Origin: an uncultured bacterium
Lineage (GTDB): Bacteria > Hydrothermota > Hydrothermia > LBFQ01
NCBI GenBank assembly: GCA_964426895.1
Contig: CAYRSH010000002.1
Location: 1-53,640 of the forward strand
DNA length: 53,640 nucleotides
Direction of reading: 5' to 3'
Positions 38,527-46,682 of the stretch are shown here, piece after piece. The position numbers and the translations under genes were made by a program. Within the stretch, counting starts at the first letter, position 1, and each line of letters starts with the position of its first letter. Below the pieces are notes generated by a model that saw only the letters and a program-made list of their open reading frames with translations, was not told the origin of the DNA and searched no databases.

Positions 38527-39670
38527 CAACAATGGATATGGCGAAGGGAAGTTTTTAATAATAGATGTAGGAGCGTATGAGATAAAGGGTAAGGTGTGGG
38601 GTGAGAGCATGAGTCCCATAGTTGTAAAGAGCACGGGGTTTAGGGGATACATCACGAACCCTGTTGATCTCAAAAATTCAATATATAATGTTTTGGAAGG
38701 AATAAAATCCACTTACCCTCAGGAAATCACAAGATTATACCCGTTTTTCGCGGTCTCCTTTAAGGATGTGGAATTTGTACAATATGAGGAGAGTATTCCT
38801 TGTTCCCCTAAGGTTAAAAGGGAACATATATATAAGATCAAGGGTATATTGGAAAACAAGATAAGGAATGAATCTCAAAAGGAAATCCTATTTTCCGAAA
38901 TTACGAGTTATAAAATCCTCAATCCGGATAATAAAGAAATGGTAGTTGATTATCCCGAAGGTTTAAGCGCAAGATCCCTAACCGCTCAAATATCATTCCT
39001 CTTGATCCCCCAAGGTATATTTTCCGACTTCTTGGAAACCGTTAAGGGTGTGTGCTCGGATTTCGGACTTAAAAAACCAACCGTGGTGGATTCAACCCTC
39101 GCTCTGGCTTATGGGTTAAAAGAAAAATTTGAAAACTTTGACCTCTTGGATATGGGTTATACATCAACCCGTTTGGTTAGAATAAGGGGCGGAAAACTGG
39201 TCAAGTTTGAAACTATAAATTTCGGAGGGATTAATATTCACCTATCCCTTGAAGCCTTCGGTATCCCAAATTACGAAGTTAAAAATGTTTTACACGACAT
39301 ATTTATCAAGGATAAACCCAAAATAATCGGAGGTCCTAACAATTCGGAGATATATTCCAATGTGATAGAGCAACAGATAGAAAACAGTTTAAGGAATGTC
39401 TTCGGCAGGATATCCTTCTCGGCAATACCGATATTTGTAGGCGGTTTCTCCAATTTGGGAAAAAAGTTTAGGGAGTTGATAAACAGTGCCATAAATGCGA
39501 ATATTATTTTCCTCGATGTGGATCCATTAGATGTTATGGGAAAGGGTATCTCGAACTCCTTTTATGGGAAAATCCAAACCAAGAAAGGTTCGTACGCGGG
39601 AAAGGAGTTTAACTTTTTGGATAGTTTTATAGATTTTATAAAAAGGGAAGTTTTGGGAAAGGAGGACTAA
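38510..39670 (+). CDS. ftsA: Divergent FtsA-like actin-family cell-division protein
   Basis: 386 aa. FLIIDVGAYEIK (phosphate 1), FDLLDMGYTSTRLV (phosphate 2), PIFVGGFSNLGK (adenosine). C-terminal amphipathic FLDSFIDFIKREVL. GGAGGTG SD before the TTG start. Position upstream of ftsZ. Confidence 0.7.
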   Translation: MFWSNNNNGYGEGKFLIIDVGAYEIKGKVWGESMSPIVVKSTGFRGYITNPVDLKNSIYNVLEGIKSTYPQEITRLYPFFAVSFKDVEFVQYEESIPCSPKVKREHIYKIKGILENKIRNESQKEILFSEITSYKILNPDNKEMVVDYPEGLSARSLTAQISFLLIPQGIFSDFLETVKGVCSDFGLKKPTVVDSTLALAYGLKEKFENFDLLDMGYTSTRLVRIRGGKLVKFETINFGGINIHLSLEAFGIPNYEVKNVLHDIFIKDKPKIIGGPNNSEIYSNVIEQQIENSLRNVFGRISFSAIPIFVGGFSNLGKKFRELINSAINANIIFLDVDPLDVMGKGISNSFYGKIQTKKGSYAGKEFNFLDSFIDFIKREVLGKED

Positions 39671-39671
39671 A

Positions 39672-40724
39672 ATGGAAACAAAAATCCTTGTTTTGGGGGT
39701 TGGCGGGGCTGGATGCAATATAGTGGATAAAGTTTATGCGAGTATAAAGTCTTACCCTTATGTTAATAATGTAAGGGTGGTAGCGATAAACACGGATAGG
39801 CAATCCCTTACCAACTTAAAATCCGTAAAAGATTATATAGTTTTGGGTAAGAAGGGTAGGGGTGCGGGATCCGATCCCGAAAGGGGTAAAGAATTGGCAT
39901 TGGAATCTTGGAGAGAAGGCTACCTTGAAAGATTAAAGTTTGACGACACGGTGGATTACGATCTTATAATCGTCATAGCGGGTCTTGGAGGTGGAACGGG
40001 CACGGGGGCGGGTCCCGTTATCGTTAAATATTTAAAAGAAAACTTTAAGGAAGCGGTTGTGCTGTCCATCCTAATCCTACCCGATACCGATGAATACGGT
40101 GAAAAAACCGAAATGGCTAACAGGGGGCTTTCGGAGTTTTATAGGATCAGCGATGCGTTAATGATTATAGATAACGCCGAAATAATTGATGTGAGCAAAC
40201 CTTTGAGTGAGGCTTACGAGCCCGCGAATGAATTCACAAAGAATGTGGTTATAACGATTTTGGATATTTGCGAAATGTATGGAAAACCAAATATTGATTT
40301 TGCGGATGTTCAAAACGCCCTTAATCAAGCAAAGAAATCTTCAAAATTCGTGTTCATAACATCTTTGGAGTTCCCAAATAAGGATCTCATAACGGATTCT
40401 GAAATAAACTCCCGCCTTTTGGATTTAAAGAGAAAAACCGCCGTTGCGAGTTTCAGGGGAGCCTCTTCACTCATAGTGGGCGCCTTCCATAACGGTGATT
40501 TGCCATCGCAAAAGGTTAAGGATTTTGTGGAATTTTTAAAAAGTGAAATTATACAAGGAGGAAAGTCACCGCTTGTAAAAAGGGGAGATTACAAAACGCA
40601 GGATAAGATAATAAGGTTTGGTATTATAATAGGCGGCGTGGATATGGATTCAAGGATAAAGAGGGTGTTATCAACAACCTATCCCGAGAGGGTATTAGAG
40701 GAAGTATATGAAGGAAACTCTTAG
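39672..40724 (+). CDS. ftsZ: Cell-division GTPase FtsZ (divergent C-terminal half, no obvious conserved C-terminal peptide)
   Basis: 350 aa. VLGVGGAGCN, AINTD, AGLGGGTGTGAGPV (T4) and NIDFADV (T7). Confidence 0.88.
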   Translation: METKILVLGVGGAGCNIVDKVYASIKSYPYVNNVRVVAINTDRQSLTNLKSVKDYIVLGKKGRGAGSDPERGKELALESWREGYLERLKFDDTVDYDLIIVIAGLGGGTGTGAGPVIVKYLKENFKEAVVLSILILPDTDEYGEKTEMANRGLSEFYRISDALMIIDNAEIIDVSKPLSEAYEPANEFTKNVVITILDICEMYGKPNIDFADVQNALNQAKKSSKFVFITSLEFPNKDLITDSEINSRLLDLKRKTAVASFRGASSLIVGAFHNGDLPSQKVKDFVEFLKSEIIQGGKSPLVKRGDYKTQDKIIRFGIIIGGVDMDSRIKRVLSTTYPERVLEEVYEGNS

Positions 40725-41538
40725 AGCCATTAAAGTGGGATCTTACAGGAGCATATTTACGATAATAGGGATTTCCCTTTCGCTTCTATCCCTATTTATC
40801 CTTTCAAATCTCCTGTTGGTATCTCATGGTATATACAGGGATGTGAGGGAAGACATAAGGTTTGAAATATTTCCCGAAGGTGATCCCGAAAGTGTCGTAA
40901 AGGAATTAAGCCTTTTAGGGGGTATTAAGGATGTGGAAATAGTTTCCGGAGAAAGGGCACGGAAAGAGTTTTTAAAATACTATCCCGATTTTAAGGGATT
41001 TTTAGAGGACTTGGGAGATGATATATTTTATACCGTAATAAGGGTATATCCGAAGGATTACTGGAAGGAACCTGTATTCTTAGACATTATATACGAAAAG
41101 ATGAAAGCCATAAAAGGCGTTTCGGGTGTGTATTATGGAAAAAGTTGGTTGTCATCCGCGAATACATTTTTTAAAACCCTTTTGAGCCTTACCGTTGGTG
41201 TAATACTTATTACCATCCTCATAATCCTTTCAATCTCCTTTTATACCGTTAGATTCGTGGTTTCTCACAGGAAAAACTATGTGGATATTTTGAGATTATC
41301 GGGAGTATCGCCCTTCAAACTTAGGTATCCCTATATCCTCTTATCAATATTGTATGCCACGATTTCGTGGATTATAGCAACACTAACTTCCATCTATATC
41401 CTGCAAAATCTAAACCTACTAACCAAATACAAAACCGAGAATCTGATTTTGTTTCTCATCTCCTTAGCGGTAGTGGTTATAACCTGTGCCTTCGGATCTA
41501 TAAGGGCGCTCAGGGATATAGAGATGGGTATATCTTAA
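40708..41538 (+). CDS. ftsX: FtsX-like permease (no ftsE adjacent)
   Basis: 276 aa. TM1, periplasmic-type domain (IKDVEIVSGERARKEF), 3 C-terminal TM and the RKNYVDILRLSGVSPFKLRYPY motif. Confidence 0.7.
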   Translation: MKETLRAIKVGSYRSIFTIIGISLSLLSLFILSNLLLVSHGIYRDVREDIRFEIFPEGDPESVVKELSLLGGIKDVEIVSGERARKEFLKYYPDFKGFLEDLGDDIFYTVIRVYPKDYWKEPVFLDIIYEKMKAIKGVSGVYYGKSWLSSANTFFKTLLSLTVGVILITILIILSISFYTVRFVVSHRKNYVDILRLSGVSPFKLRYPYILLSILYATISWIIATLTSIYILQNLNLLTKYKTENLILFLISLAVVVITCAFGSIRALRDIEMGIS

Positions 41539-41956
41539 TCCCTTCAACCCTTAGAAGAAATCGCTTTATATCTAATCCCGCGGAAAACCCACCTAAGCCG
41601 TTCTTGGATATTACCCTATGACACGGGATTAATATTAAATGTCTATTTTTGGAAAGGGCATAACCCACGAATCTCGGATGTAAGTCTAACACCCTTGCGA
41701 TTTCTCCGTATGTTATAACTTCTCCAAACCTCAGGTTTTTGTATATATATTCCAAAACAACCCTTACTTTCATAGGATATACGGATAAATCGGGTTCAAA
41801 GGAAAAACTTCTTCGCCTTCCTTCTAAATATTCGCCTATTTCCTCCAATAACCCCTCGCACATTTCCCCACCATACATTTCAAACCCTATGTATATTATC
41901 TTACCATTTTTTGTGTAAGCGTACAAAGGTTTGTTTAGGATTTTTGGATGGGGCAA
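41510..41956 (-). CDS. ogt: Methylated-DNA-protein-cysteine methyltransferase
   Basis: 148 aa. YGEIARVL ... IPCHRVISKNGLGGF (PCHR active site). TTG start directly after the hutU stop. Confidence 0.85.
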   Translation of the reverse strand: MPHPKILNKPLYAYTKNGKIIYIGFEMYGGEMCEGLLEEIGEYLEGRRRSFSFEPDLSVYPMKVRVVLEYIYKNLRFGEVITYGEIARVLDLHPRFVGYALSKNRHLILIPCHRVISKNGLGGFSAGLDIKRFLLRVEGIKIYPSLYP

Positions 41957-41957
41957 A

Positions 41958-43625
41958 CTATTTTTCCAACCTCGGCATTTTTATGTTAAACTTTTTTGCG
42001 GTTTCTATAGCCTTTTCATAACCCGCATCCGCGTGCCTAACTATACCCAAACCCACATCGTTTGTTAAAACCCTTTCAAGCCTCTTATATGTTTCCTTTT
42101 CACCATCGGCAACTATAACCATACCCGCGTGTAATGAGTAGCCTATTCCCACACCTCCGCCGTGGTGGAAAGATACCCAAGACGCCCCAGAAGAGGCGTT
42201 TAACAGGGCGTTCAATATAGGCCAGTCCGCTATTGCGTCGGATCCGTCTTTCATACCCTCCGTTTCCCTATAAGGTGAGGCAACTGAACCCGTATCGTGA
42301 TGATCCCTACCTATTACCACGGGTGCCTTAACTTCACCTTTTTCAACCAATCTGTTTATAGCCTCTCCCATTTTTGCCCTTTCACCCATACCCAACCAGC
42401 AAATCCTTGCCGGTAATCCTTGGAATTTCACCTTTTCCCTCGCCATCTTTATCCACCTGTGAAGGTGGGGATCGTCAAACAGTTTTAAAACCTCCTCATC
42501 TATGCGGTATATATCCTCCGGTTCTCCGGATAAAACCGCCCACCTGAACGGACCTTTGCCAACGCTGAAAAGGTCCCTTATAAAAGCGGGGACATATCCG
42601 AGGATTTCAAAAGCATCTTTTGCACCGTACTCATAGGCGAATCTCCGCAGGTTATTTCCGTATTCAAAGGTTATTGCCCCCTCCCTTTTCATTTTAACCA
42701 AATATTCAACATGTTCGGCCGCACTTTCTCCTGCCGCCTTTATGTATCCTTCGGGATCCCTTTCCCTCCATTCAACGACTTTTTTCATCCCATCCTCACC
42801 CCACAACCCCTTGGGTATATACCCGTTTAAAGGGTCATGGGCCGCGGTTTGATCCGTAAGTAAATCGGGTAAAAATCCCTTATTGTACAACTCTTTTATC
42901 GCATCAACTATATTGCCGAGTAATCCCACGGATAAAGGTTTCTTGTTTTTCTTCGCGTCTTCTACAAGGCGTAAAGCTTCATCAAGACTGGTTGTCCAAG
43001 TATCCAAATACCCCGTCTTTATTCTCCTCTCAATTGCCCGAGGATTCGCCTCAACGGCCAACATTACTGCACCGGCCATGGTAGCCGCCAGAGGTTGTGC
43101 CCCTCCCATCTCCCCCAATCCCGCGGTTAATATAACCCTTCCGGACAAATCCCCGTTAAAGTGTTTTTTTGCTGCTGCAACAAATGTTTCGTATGTCCCC
43201 TGTAAAATCCCTTGGGTACCTATGTATATCCAACTCCCCGCCGTCATCTGCCCGTACATTATTAAACCTCTTTCTTCAAGTTCGTTAAAATATTCCCAAA
43301 TAGCCCATTTGGGTACCAAATTGGAGTTTGCTATCAAAACCCTCGGTGCCCACTCATGTGTCCTAAAAACCGCTACCGGTTTTCCGCTTTGTACCAAAAG
43401 GGTTTCATCCGGTTCCAATTCGTCTAAGGTTCTAACAATTGCCCAAAAATCCTCCCAAGTCCTCGCCGCCTTACCTTTCCCGCCATACACTATGAGATTA
43501 ACGGGATCCTTTGCAACCTCGGGATCCAAGTTATTCATAAGCATCCTTTTTGCCGCCTCTGCGGCCCATGTTTTTGCAGTTCTTTTATTTCCCCTCGGCG
43601 CCCTTATGGGTTTGTATTCCACCAT
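41958..43625 (-). CDS. hutU: Urocanate hydratase
   Basis: 555 aa. Full-length urocanase pattern ([30 protein letters not shown]). Confidence 0.95.
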   Translation of the reverse strand: MVEYKPIRAPRGNKRTAKTWAAEAAKRMLMNNLDPEVAKDPVNLIVYGGKGKAARTWEDFWAIVRTLDELEPDETLLVQSGKPVAVFRTHEWAPRVLIANSNLVPKWAIWEYFNELEERGLIMYGQMTAGSWIYIGTQGILQGTYETFVAAAKKHFNGDLSGRVILTAGLGEMGGAQPLAATMAGAVMLAVEANPRAIERRIKTGYLDTWTTSLDEALRLVEDAKKNKKPLSVGLLGNIVDAIKELYNKGFLPDLLTDQTAAHDPLNGYIPKGLWGEDGMKKVVEWRERDPEGYIKAAGESAAEHVEYLVKMKREGAITFEYGNNLRRFAYEYGAKDAFEILGYVPAFIRDLFSVGKGPFRWAVLSGEPEDIYRIDEEVLKLFDDPHLHRWIKMAREKVKFQGLPARICWLGMGERAKMGEAINRLVEKGEVKAPVVIGRDHHDTGSVASPYRETEGMKDGSDAIADWPILNALLNASSGASWVSFHHGGGVGIGYSLHAGMVIVADGEKETYKRLERVLTNDVGLGIVRHADAGYEKAIETAKKFNIKMPRLEK

Positions 43626-43634
43626 AGTCTTATG

Positions 43635-43646
43635 ATTTTAAGGGTG
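43635..43646 (-). promoter_or_regulatory. Promoter cacccttaaaat for hutU-ogt
   Basis: -10 lies 9 nt from ATG 43625. Confidence 0.55.
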
Positions 43647-43680
43647 TTCCCTTTGCTTTGGGTTGTGTACTTCGCAACGA

Positions 43681-43689
43681 CTTTAATAT
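43681..43689 (+). promoter_or_regulatory. Promoter ctttaatat for the capA-like gene
   Basis: TAATAT 43684-43689, then ttccggttt (9 nt), then ATG 43699. Confidence 0.45.
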
Positions 43690-43698
43690 TTCCGGTTT

Positions 43699-44673
43699 AT
43701 GTTATGGGTATATGCCGTAGGGGATATAATGTTGGGTTCAATTACCCCGGTTAGGATATTGCCCCCCGATAGTGGAAAAGTTTTTGTGGAAAGCGTAAAA
43801 GGATATTTGGAAGGGGGCGATATAGTTATGGGTAATTTAGAGGGGGCTTTTATAAAGGAGGGTATGAAACCTTCTAAGTGTTCGGAAAGTTCCAGAAAGG
43901 CTAAGAGATGCTATGAATTCGGTATGCCGGGATATTTGGCGAATAGATTAAAGGAAATGGGTTTTAATGTATTAACGCTTGATAACAACCACTCTATGGA
44001 TTACGGTTTTGAAGCGTATAATTACACAAAGCGCCTCTTGGATAGTTTGGGTATATTGGCTGTTGGTAAGCGGGAATATAAGATTATGAACATCGGTAAT
44101 ATAAAGGTTGCAATAGTTCCCTTTGGTTTCAGCGGCTCCTCATGGCATATATCCGATACGATAACGGCAAAAAGCGTTATATCCTCCTTAAAGGATAGCG
44201 CAGATGTTATAATAGTCTCATTTCACGGAGGTGCAGAAGGGGGTAACGCGCGGCATGTTAGAAATGAGGTTGAAAGGTTTTACGGTGAAAACAGGGGTAA
44301 TGTTATGGCGTTTGCCCATGCGGTTATAAATGCCGGTGCGGATTTGGTAATAGGGCACGGCCCCCATGTTTTGAGGGGTGTGGAATTGTATAAAGGTAGG
44401 TTAATAGCGTATTCCTTGGGAAACTTTTTAACCTATGGGAATGTTAATATAGGTGGATATGGGGGTATTACGGCTATACTCAAAGTTATGCTGGATAGCA
44501 CGGGAAAATTCGTAAAGGGTGAGATAGTACCCATTGTACAGAAAAGGCCGGGAATACCGGTTTTTGATGGGGAAAAAAGGGCTATTGAGATAATAAGGGA
44601 ACTTACAAATGAAGACTTTAACGGGGGTGGGGTTGAGATAAAAGACGATGGGTTGATTTTACCAAAAGAATAG
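43699..44673 (+). CDS. CapA/PgsA-family metallophosphatase-like protein
   Basis: 324 aa. GDIMLG, GNLEG, LDNNHSMDYG, SFHGGAEG and GHGPHVLRG motifs. Confidence 0.8.
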   Translation: MLWVYAVGDIMLGSITPVRILPPDSGKVFVESVKGYLEGGDIVMGNLEGAFIKEGMKPSKCSESSRKAKRCYEFGMPGYLANRLKEMGFNVLTLDNNHSMDYGFEAYNYTKRLLDSLGILAVGKREYKIMNIGNIKVAIVPFGFSGSSWHISDTITAKSVISSLKDSADVIIVSFHGGAEGGNARHVRNEVERFYGENRGNVMAFAHAVINAGADLVIGHGPHVLRGVELYKGRLIAYSLGNFLTYGNVNIGGYGGITAILKVMLDSTGKFVKGEIVPIVQKRPGIPVFDGEKRAIEIIRELTNEDFNGGGVEIKDDGLILPKE

Positions 44674-44684
44674 GTTTTATTCTT
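44666..44684. terminator. Weak AT-rich hairpin (aagaata-ggttt-tattctt) flanked by A and T tracts between the convergent capA-like and GT2 genes
   Basis: 7-bp stem read directly. It spans both stop codons. Low stability, so doubtful. Confidence 0.25.
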
Positions 44685-45591
44685 TTTTTAAAGACTTCTT
44701 TATCTTCCTAACCTCATCGTAAATGGATGCCACCACCTCCCCAAGTAATCCCAAAACCCAGAATATAGTTCCCAACACTATTAACAACAAAACCAAAAAA
44801 AGTAAAGGCCTATAACCATGCCCCATTAGGCGGAGTATTAATGCTATAATTCCCGTAATGAAGCCCGTGAAAAAGAAGACACTACCTATTCCACCAAATG
44901 TTAATAGGGGTTTTTGTATAAATACCGTATAAAGTTTTACCGCTATTAAATCCGCAACGCCTACAAATATCCTCCCTATACCCCTATACTTTGAAACACC
45001 GTACAACCTTGGCCTTAGTGTTATTTCAATTTCTCCGACCGAATATCCATAAACCCAAGCCAAAGCCACTATATACCTATGCCATTCCTTCCGTAAAGGT
45101 ATATCTTCCAAAACTTCCCTCCTCACCACCTTTAAAGAATTCATATCGGATACCGGAACACCGAATAACCACCTATTCATAAGGTTATAAACCTGGGAAA
45201 CAAAAGCCTTTTCGTATTTTCCAACTTTCTTTCCGGTAATCAAATCGTATCCGTTTTTCTCCATATAATTCACCATTCTAACCACATCTTCAACCTTAAA
45301 CTGCAAATCCGCATCCAATATGGCTATGTATTTCCCAGAGGATATATAAAAGCCGGTCATTATCGCGGCTGTTTTTCCAAGGTTTCGCCAATGTTTTGCG
45401 ACTTTAAGAAAATTGTAATCCTTTAAGTATTTTTTCACTTCACCATAAGTTCCATCGGTTGAACCATCATCAACATATATAACCTCCCAATCCTTCAAGC
45501 CATATTTATCAAATACTTCCTTACATTCATCCAACAATGGTTTTACATTTTCCCTCTCGTTGTAAGCCGGAACTATTATTGATACCTTCAC
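44677..45591 (-). CDS. GT2 polyprenol-phosphate glycosyltransferase (GtrB/ArnC/Dpm1-like) with C-terminal TM helices
   Basis: 304 aa. VSIIVPAYNERENV, YVDDGSTDGT and ILDADLQ motifs. Two C-terminal hydrophobic helices. GTG start. Confidence 0.8.
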   Translation of the reverse strand: MKVSIIVPAYNERENVKPLLDECKEVFDKYGLKDWEVIYVDDGSTDGTYGEVKKYLKDYNFLKVAKHWRNLGKTAAIMTGFYISSGKYIAILDADLQFKVEDVVRMVNYMEKNGYDLITGKKVGKYEKAFVSQVYNLMNRWLFGVPVSDMNSLKVVRREVLEDIPLRKEWHRYIVALAWVYGYSVGEIEITLRPRLYGVSKYRGIGRIFVGVADLIAVKLYTVFIQKPLLTFGGIGSVFFFTGFITGIIALILRLMGHGYRPLLFLVLLLIVLGTIFWVLGLLGEVVASIYDEVRKIKKSLKKE

Positions 45592-45600
45592 AAAACGGAT

Positions 45601-45612
45601 ATTTTAAAGTGG
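45601..45612 (-). promoter_or_regulatory. Promoter ccactttaaaat for the GtrB-like gene
   Basis: -10 TAAAAT lies 9 nt from GTG 45591. Confidence 0.5.
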
Positions 45613-45643
45613 TGGTAAAAATACCCTTAGACGACTTGAATTT

Positions 45644-45655
45644 CACCCTTAAAAT
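45644..45655 (+). promoter_or_regulatory. Promoter cacccttaaaat for the acidic repeat protein gene
   Basis: Exact copy of the recA and hutU motif. TTAGAC -35-like hexamer 17 nt upstream. 10 nt to ATG 45666. Confidence 0.6.
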
Positions 45656-45665
45656 ACTCGTCTCT

Positions 45666-45890
45666 ATGAAAGGGCTTTTTTCGTTTAGCCATTCGCACAT
45701 GGAGGATATAGAGAGGCTTTTGCGCATAAAGGCTCAAGAGGAGGACTGGGAGGAAGAAGAGGATTGGGACGAGGAAGAATGGGAGGATGAGGATTGGGAC
45801 GAAGATTGGGATGAAGAAGAATGGGAGGATGAGGATTGGGACGAGGAGGAATGGGAAGAGGAGGACTGGGAGGAAGAAGAAGAGAAATAA
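45666..45890 (+). CDS. 74-aa hyper-acidic Trp-punctuated repeat protein (no family recognised)
   Basis: MKGLFSFSHSHMEDIERLLRIKAQ followed by 50 residues, all D/E/W apart from the terminal K. Start chosen from the promoter geometry. The track ORF start at 45537 would overlap the divergent GT2 gene. Confidence 0.6.
   Translation: MKGLFSFSHSHMEDIERLLRIKAQEEDWEEEEDWDEEEWEDEDWDEDWDEEEWEDEDWDEEEWEEEDWEEEEEK
45738..45887 (+). repeat. Imperfect in-frame tandem repeat (12-18-nt acidic-W units; 30-nt higher-order unit gacgaggaagaatgggaggatgaggattgg with two diverged copies)
   Basis: Nine TGG codons, each preceded by 3-5 GAN codons, read directly. Confidence 0.85.
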
Positions 45891-45934
45891 TCTCCAGCAA
45901 ATAGTTTTCAGATATTCCCCGATTTTTGGGTATT

Positions 45935-46130
45935 GATAGGGTTTGTAATGCCCTGTTATGGCAAAAGGGGGAATCCGTTCAGGAGGTTGAGGAGGTCCTA
46001 TTTTCCTTAGGACACTACCGGGTGATGTAAAGATAAGAAATGGGCACACGGGTGCTTTAAGGGGAGCATGCCCGGAGGCAATTCGGTTCTGCCAAAGCCG
46101 AAAATGCCGTGAGTGGTCTCCTACGGGATA
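45935..46130. ncRNA. Candidate structured RNA or leader of unknown class (strand unresolved)
   Basis: No credible ORF. About 50% GC by hand count against roughly 40% in the flanks. Hairpins: aggg/ccct 45938-45954, gtcct/aggac 45995-46013, gcac-acgg-gtgc 46044-46055, ggcaattcgg/ccgaaaatgcc 46077-46108 nested in cccgga/ctacggg 46071-46127. Confidence 0.3.
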
Positions 46131-46136
46131 TATTAA

Positions 46137-46148
46137 CACCTTTACAAT
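46137..46148 (+). promoter_or_regulatory. Promoter cacctttacaat for bioY
   Basis: -10 TACAAT 46143-46148 lies 6 nt before ATG 46155. Confidence 0.45.
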
Positions 46149-46154
46149 TCCCAT

Positions 46155-46682
46155 ATGCGTCTCATTATAGGATTAAGGGATAAGGTATGGGTTTGGGTGG
46201 TTTTTTGGAATATGACACTTATTTTATCCTCGGGTATTTCAATACCCCTTCCCTTCTCACCCGTCCCCATAACCTTGCAAACACTCGCACTTATCCTCAC
46301 AATACTATCCCTTGGAAGGATGGCCTATATTCCCGTTTTAATGTACATAATTGAGGGAGTTCTTGGTTTTCCCGTATTTGCGGGTTGGATGGGGGGCATA
46401 TGGAAATTGTTAGGTCCAACAGGTGGATACATACTCGGTTTCTTAGCATCATCCCTTGTGGCGGGTTATATATGGGAAACCTCGGGAAGGCGTGAAATAT
46501 TCGTCATACCTTTGGGATTCCTCGTTCATATCATAATATACGCCTTTGGTGTTATACAACTCTCAATATTTACCGGGTGGAACAATATTTTGGCCTTAGG
46601 CGTTTTACCGTTTTTGTACGGGGATACATTAAAAGTTATCACATCTTATCTCATATTTAAGGGTTGGAAGGCTTATACATAG
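46155..46682 (+). CDS. bioY: Biotin transporter S-component BioY
   Basis: 175 aa. PVPITLQTLALILT, GFPVFAGWMGG and GPTGGYILGF are BioY hallmarks. Confidence 0.85.
   Translation: MRLIIGLRDKVWVWVVFWNMTLILSSGISIPLPFSPVPITLQTLALILTILSLGRMAYIPVLMYIIEGVLGFPVFAGWMGGIWKLLGPTGGYILGFLASSLVAGYIWETSGRREIFVIPLGFLVHIIIYAFGVIQLSIFTGWNNILALGVLPFLYGDTLKVITSYLIFKGWKAYT

Noticed and set aside
42883-43635. A 250-aa + strand ORF.
   Set aside because: It is entirely antisense to the strongly supported hutU gene. It is S/A/L-rich with no recognisable motifs, which is typical of a shadow ORF. The same applies to the other short track ORFs nested in or antisense to confident genes, such as 9421-9793, 10513-11526 and 31236-32258.
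45537-45665. A longer 117-aa version of the acidic-protein ORF starting at 45537.
   Set aside because: This start would overlap the divergent GT2 gene start and both promoters. The promoter motif at 45644-45655 places the likely start at ATG 45666.
45935-46130. Possible known riboswitch classes: cobalamin, c-di-AMP/ydaO or guanidine/ykkC.
   Set aside because: I saw only short partial resemblances: AAAAGGGGGAATCC against the cobalamin AAnAGGGAA...GGTGnGAAnCC core, GGAGACC on the wrong strand and at the wrong end for a B12 box, GGGGGAATCC...AGGAGG against part of ydaO, and ACACGG...CCCGGAGG against ykkC. In each case element order or the remaining core is missing, so I do not claim any class. 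cmscan would settle this.
45627-46154. A 175-aa minus-strand ORF, plus the 71-aa minus ORF at 45685-45900, covering the acidic repeat and the noncoding island.
   Set aside because: The part opposite the repeat is simply its mirror (L/P/F-rich from CCA/TTC/CTC codons). The remainder has a P/H/R-rich composition unlike every confident protein here. Its ATG lies upstream of any promoter-like motif on that strand. The + strand ORF has a perfect promoter.
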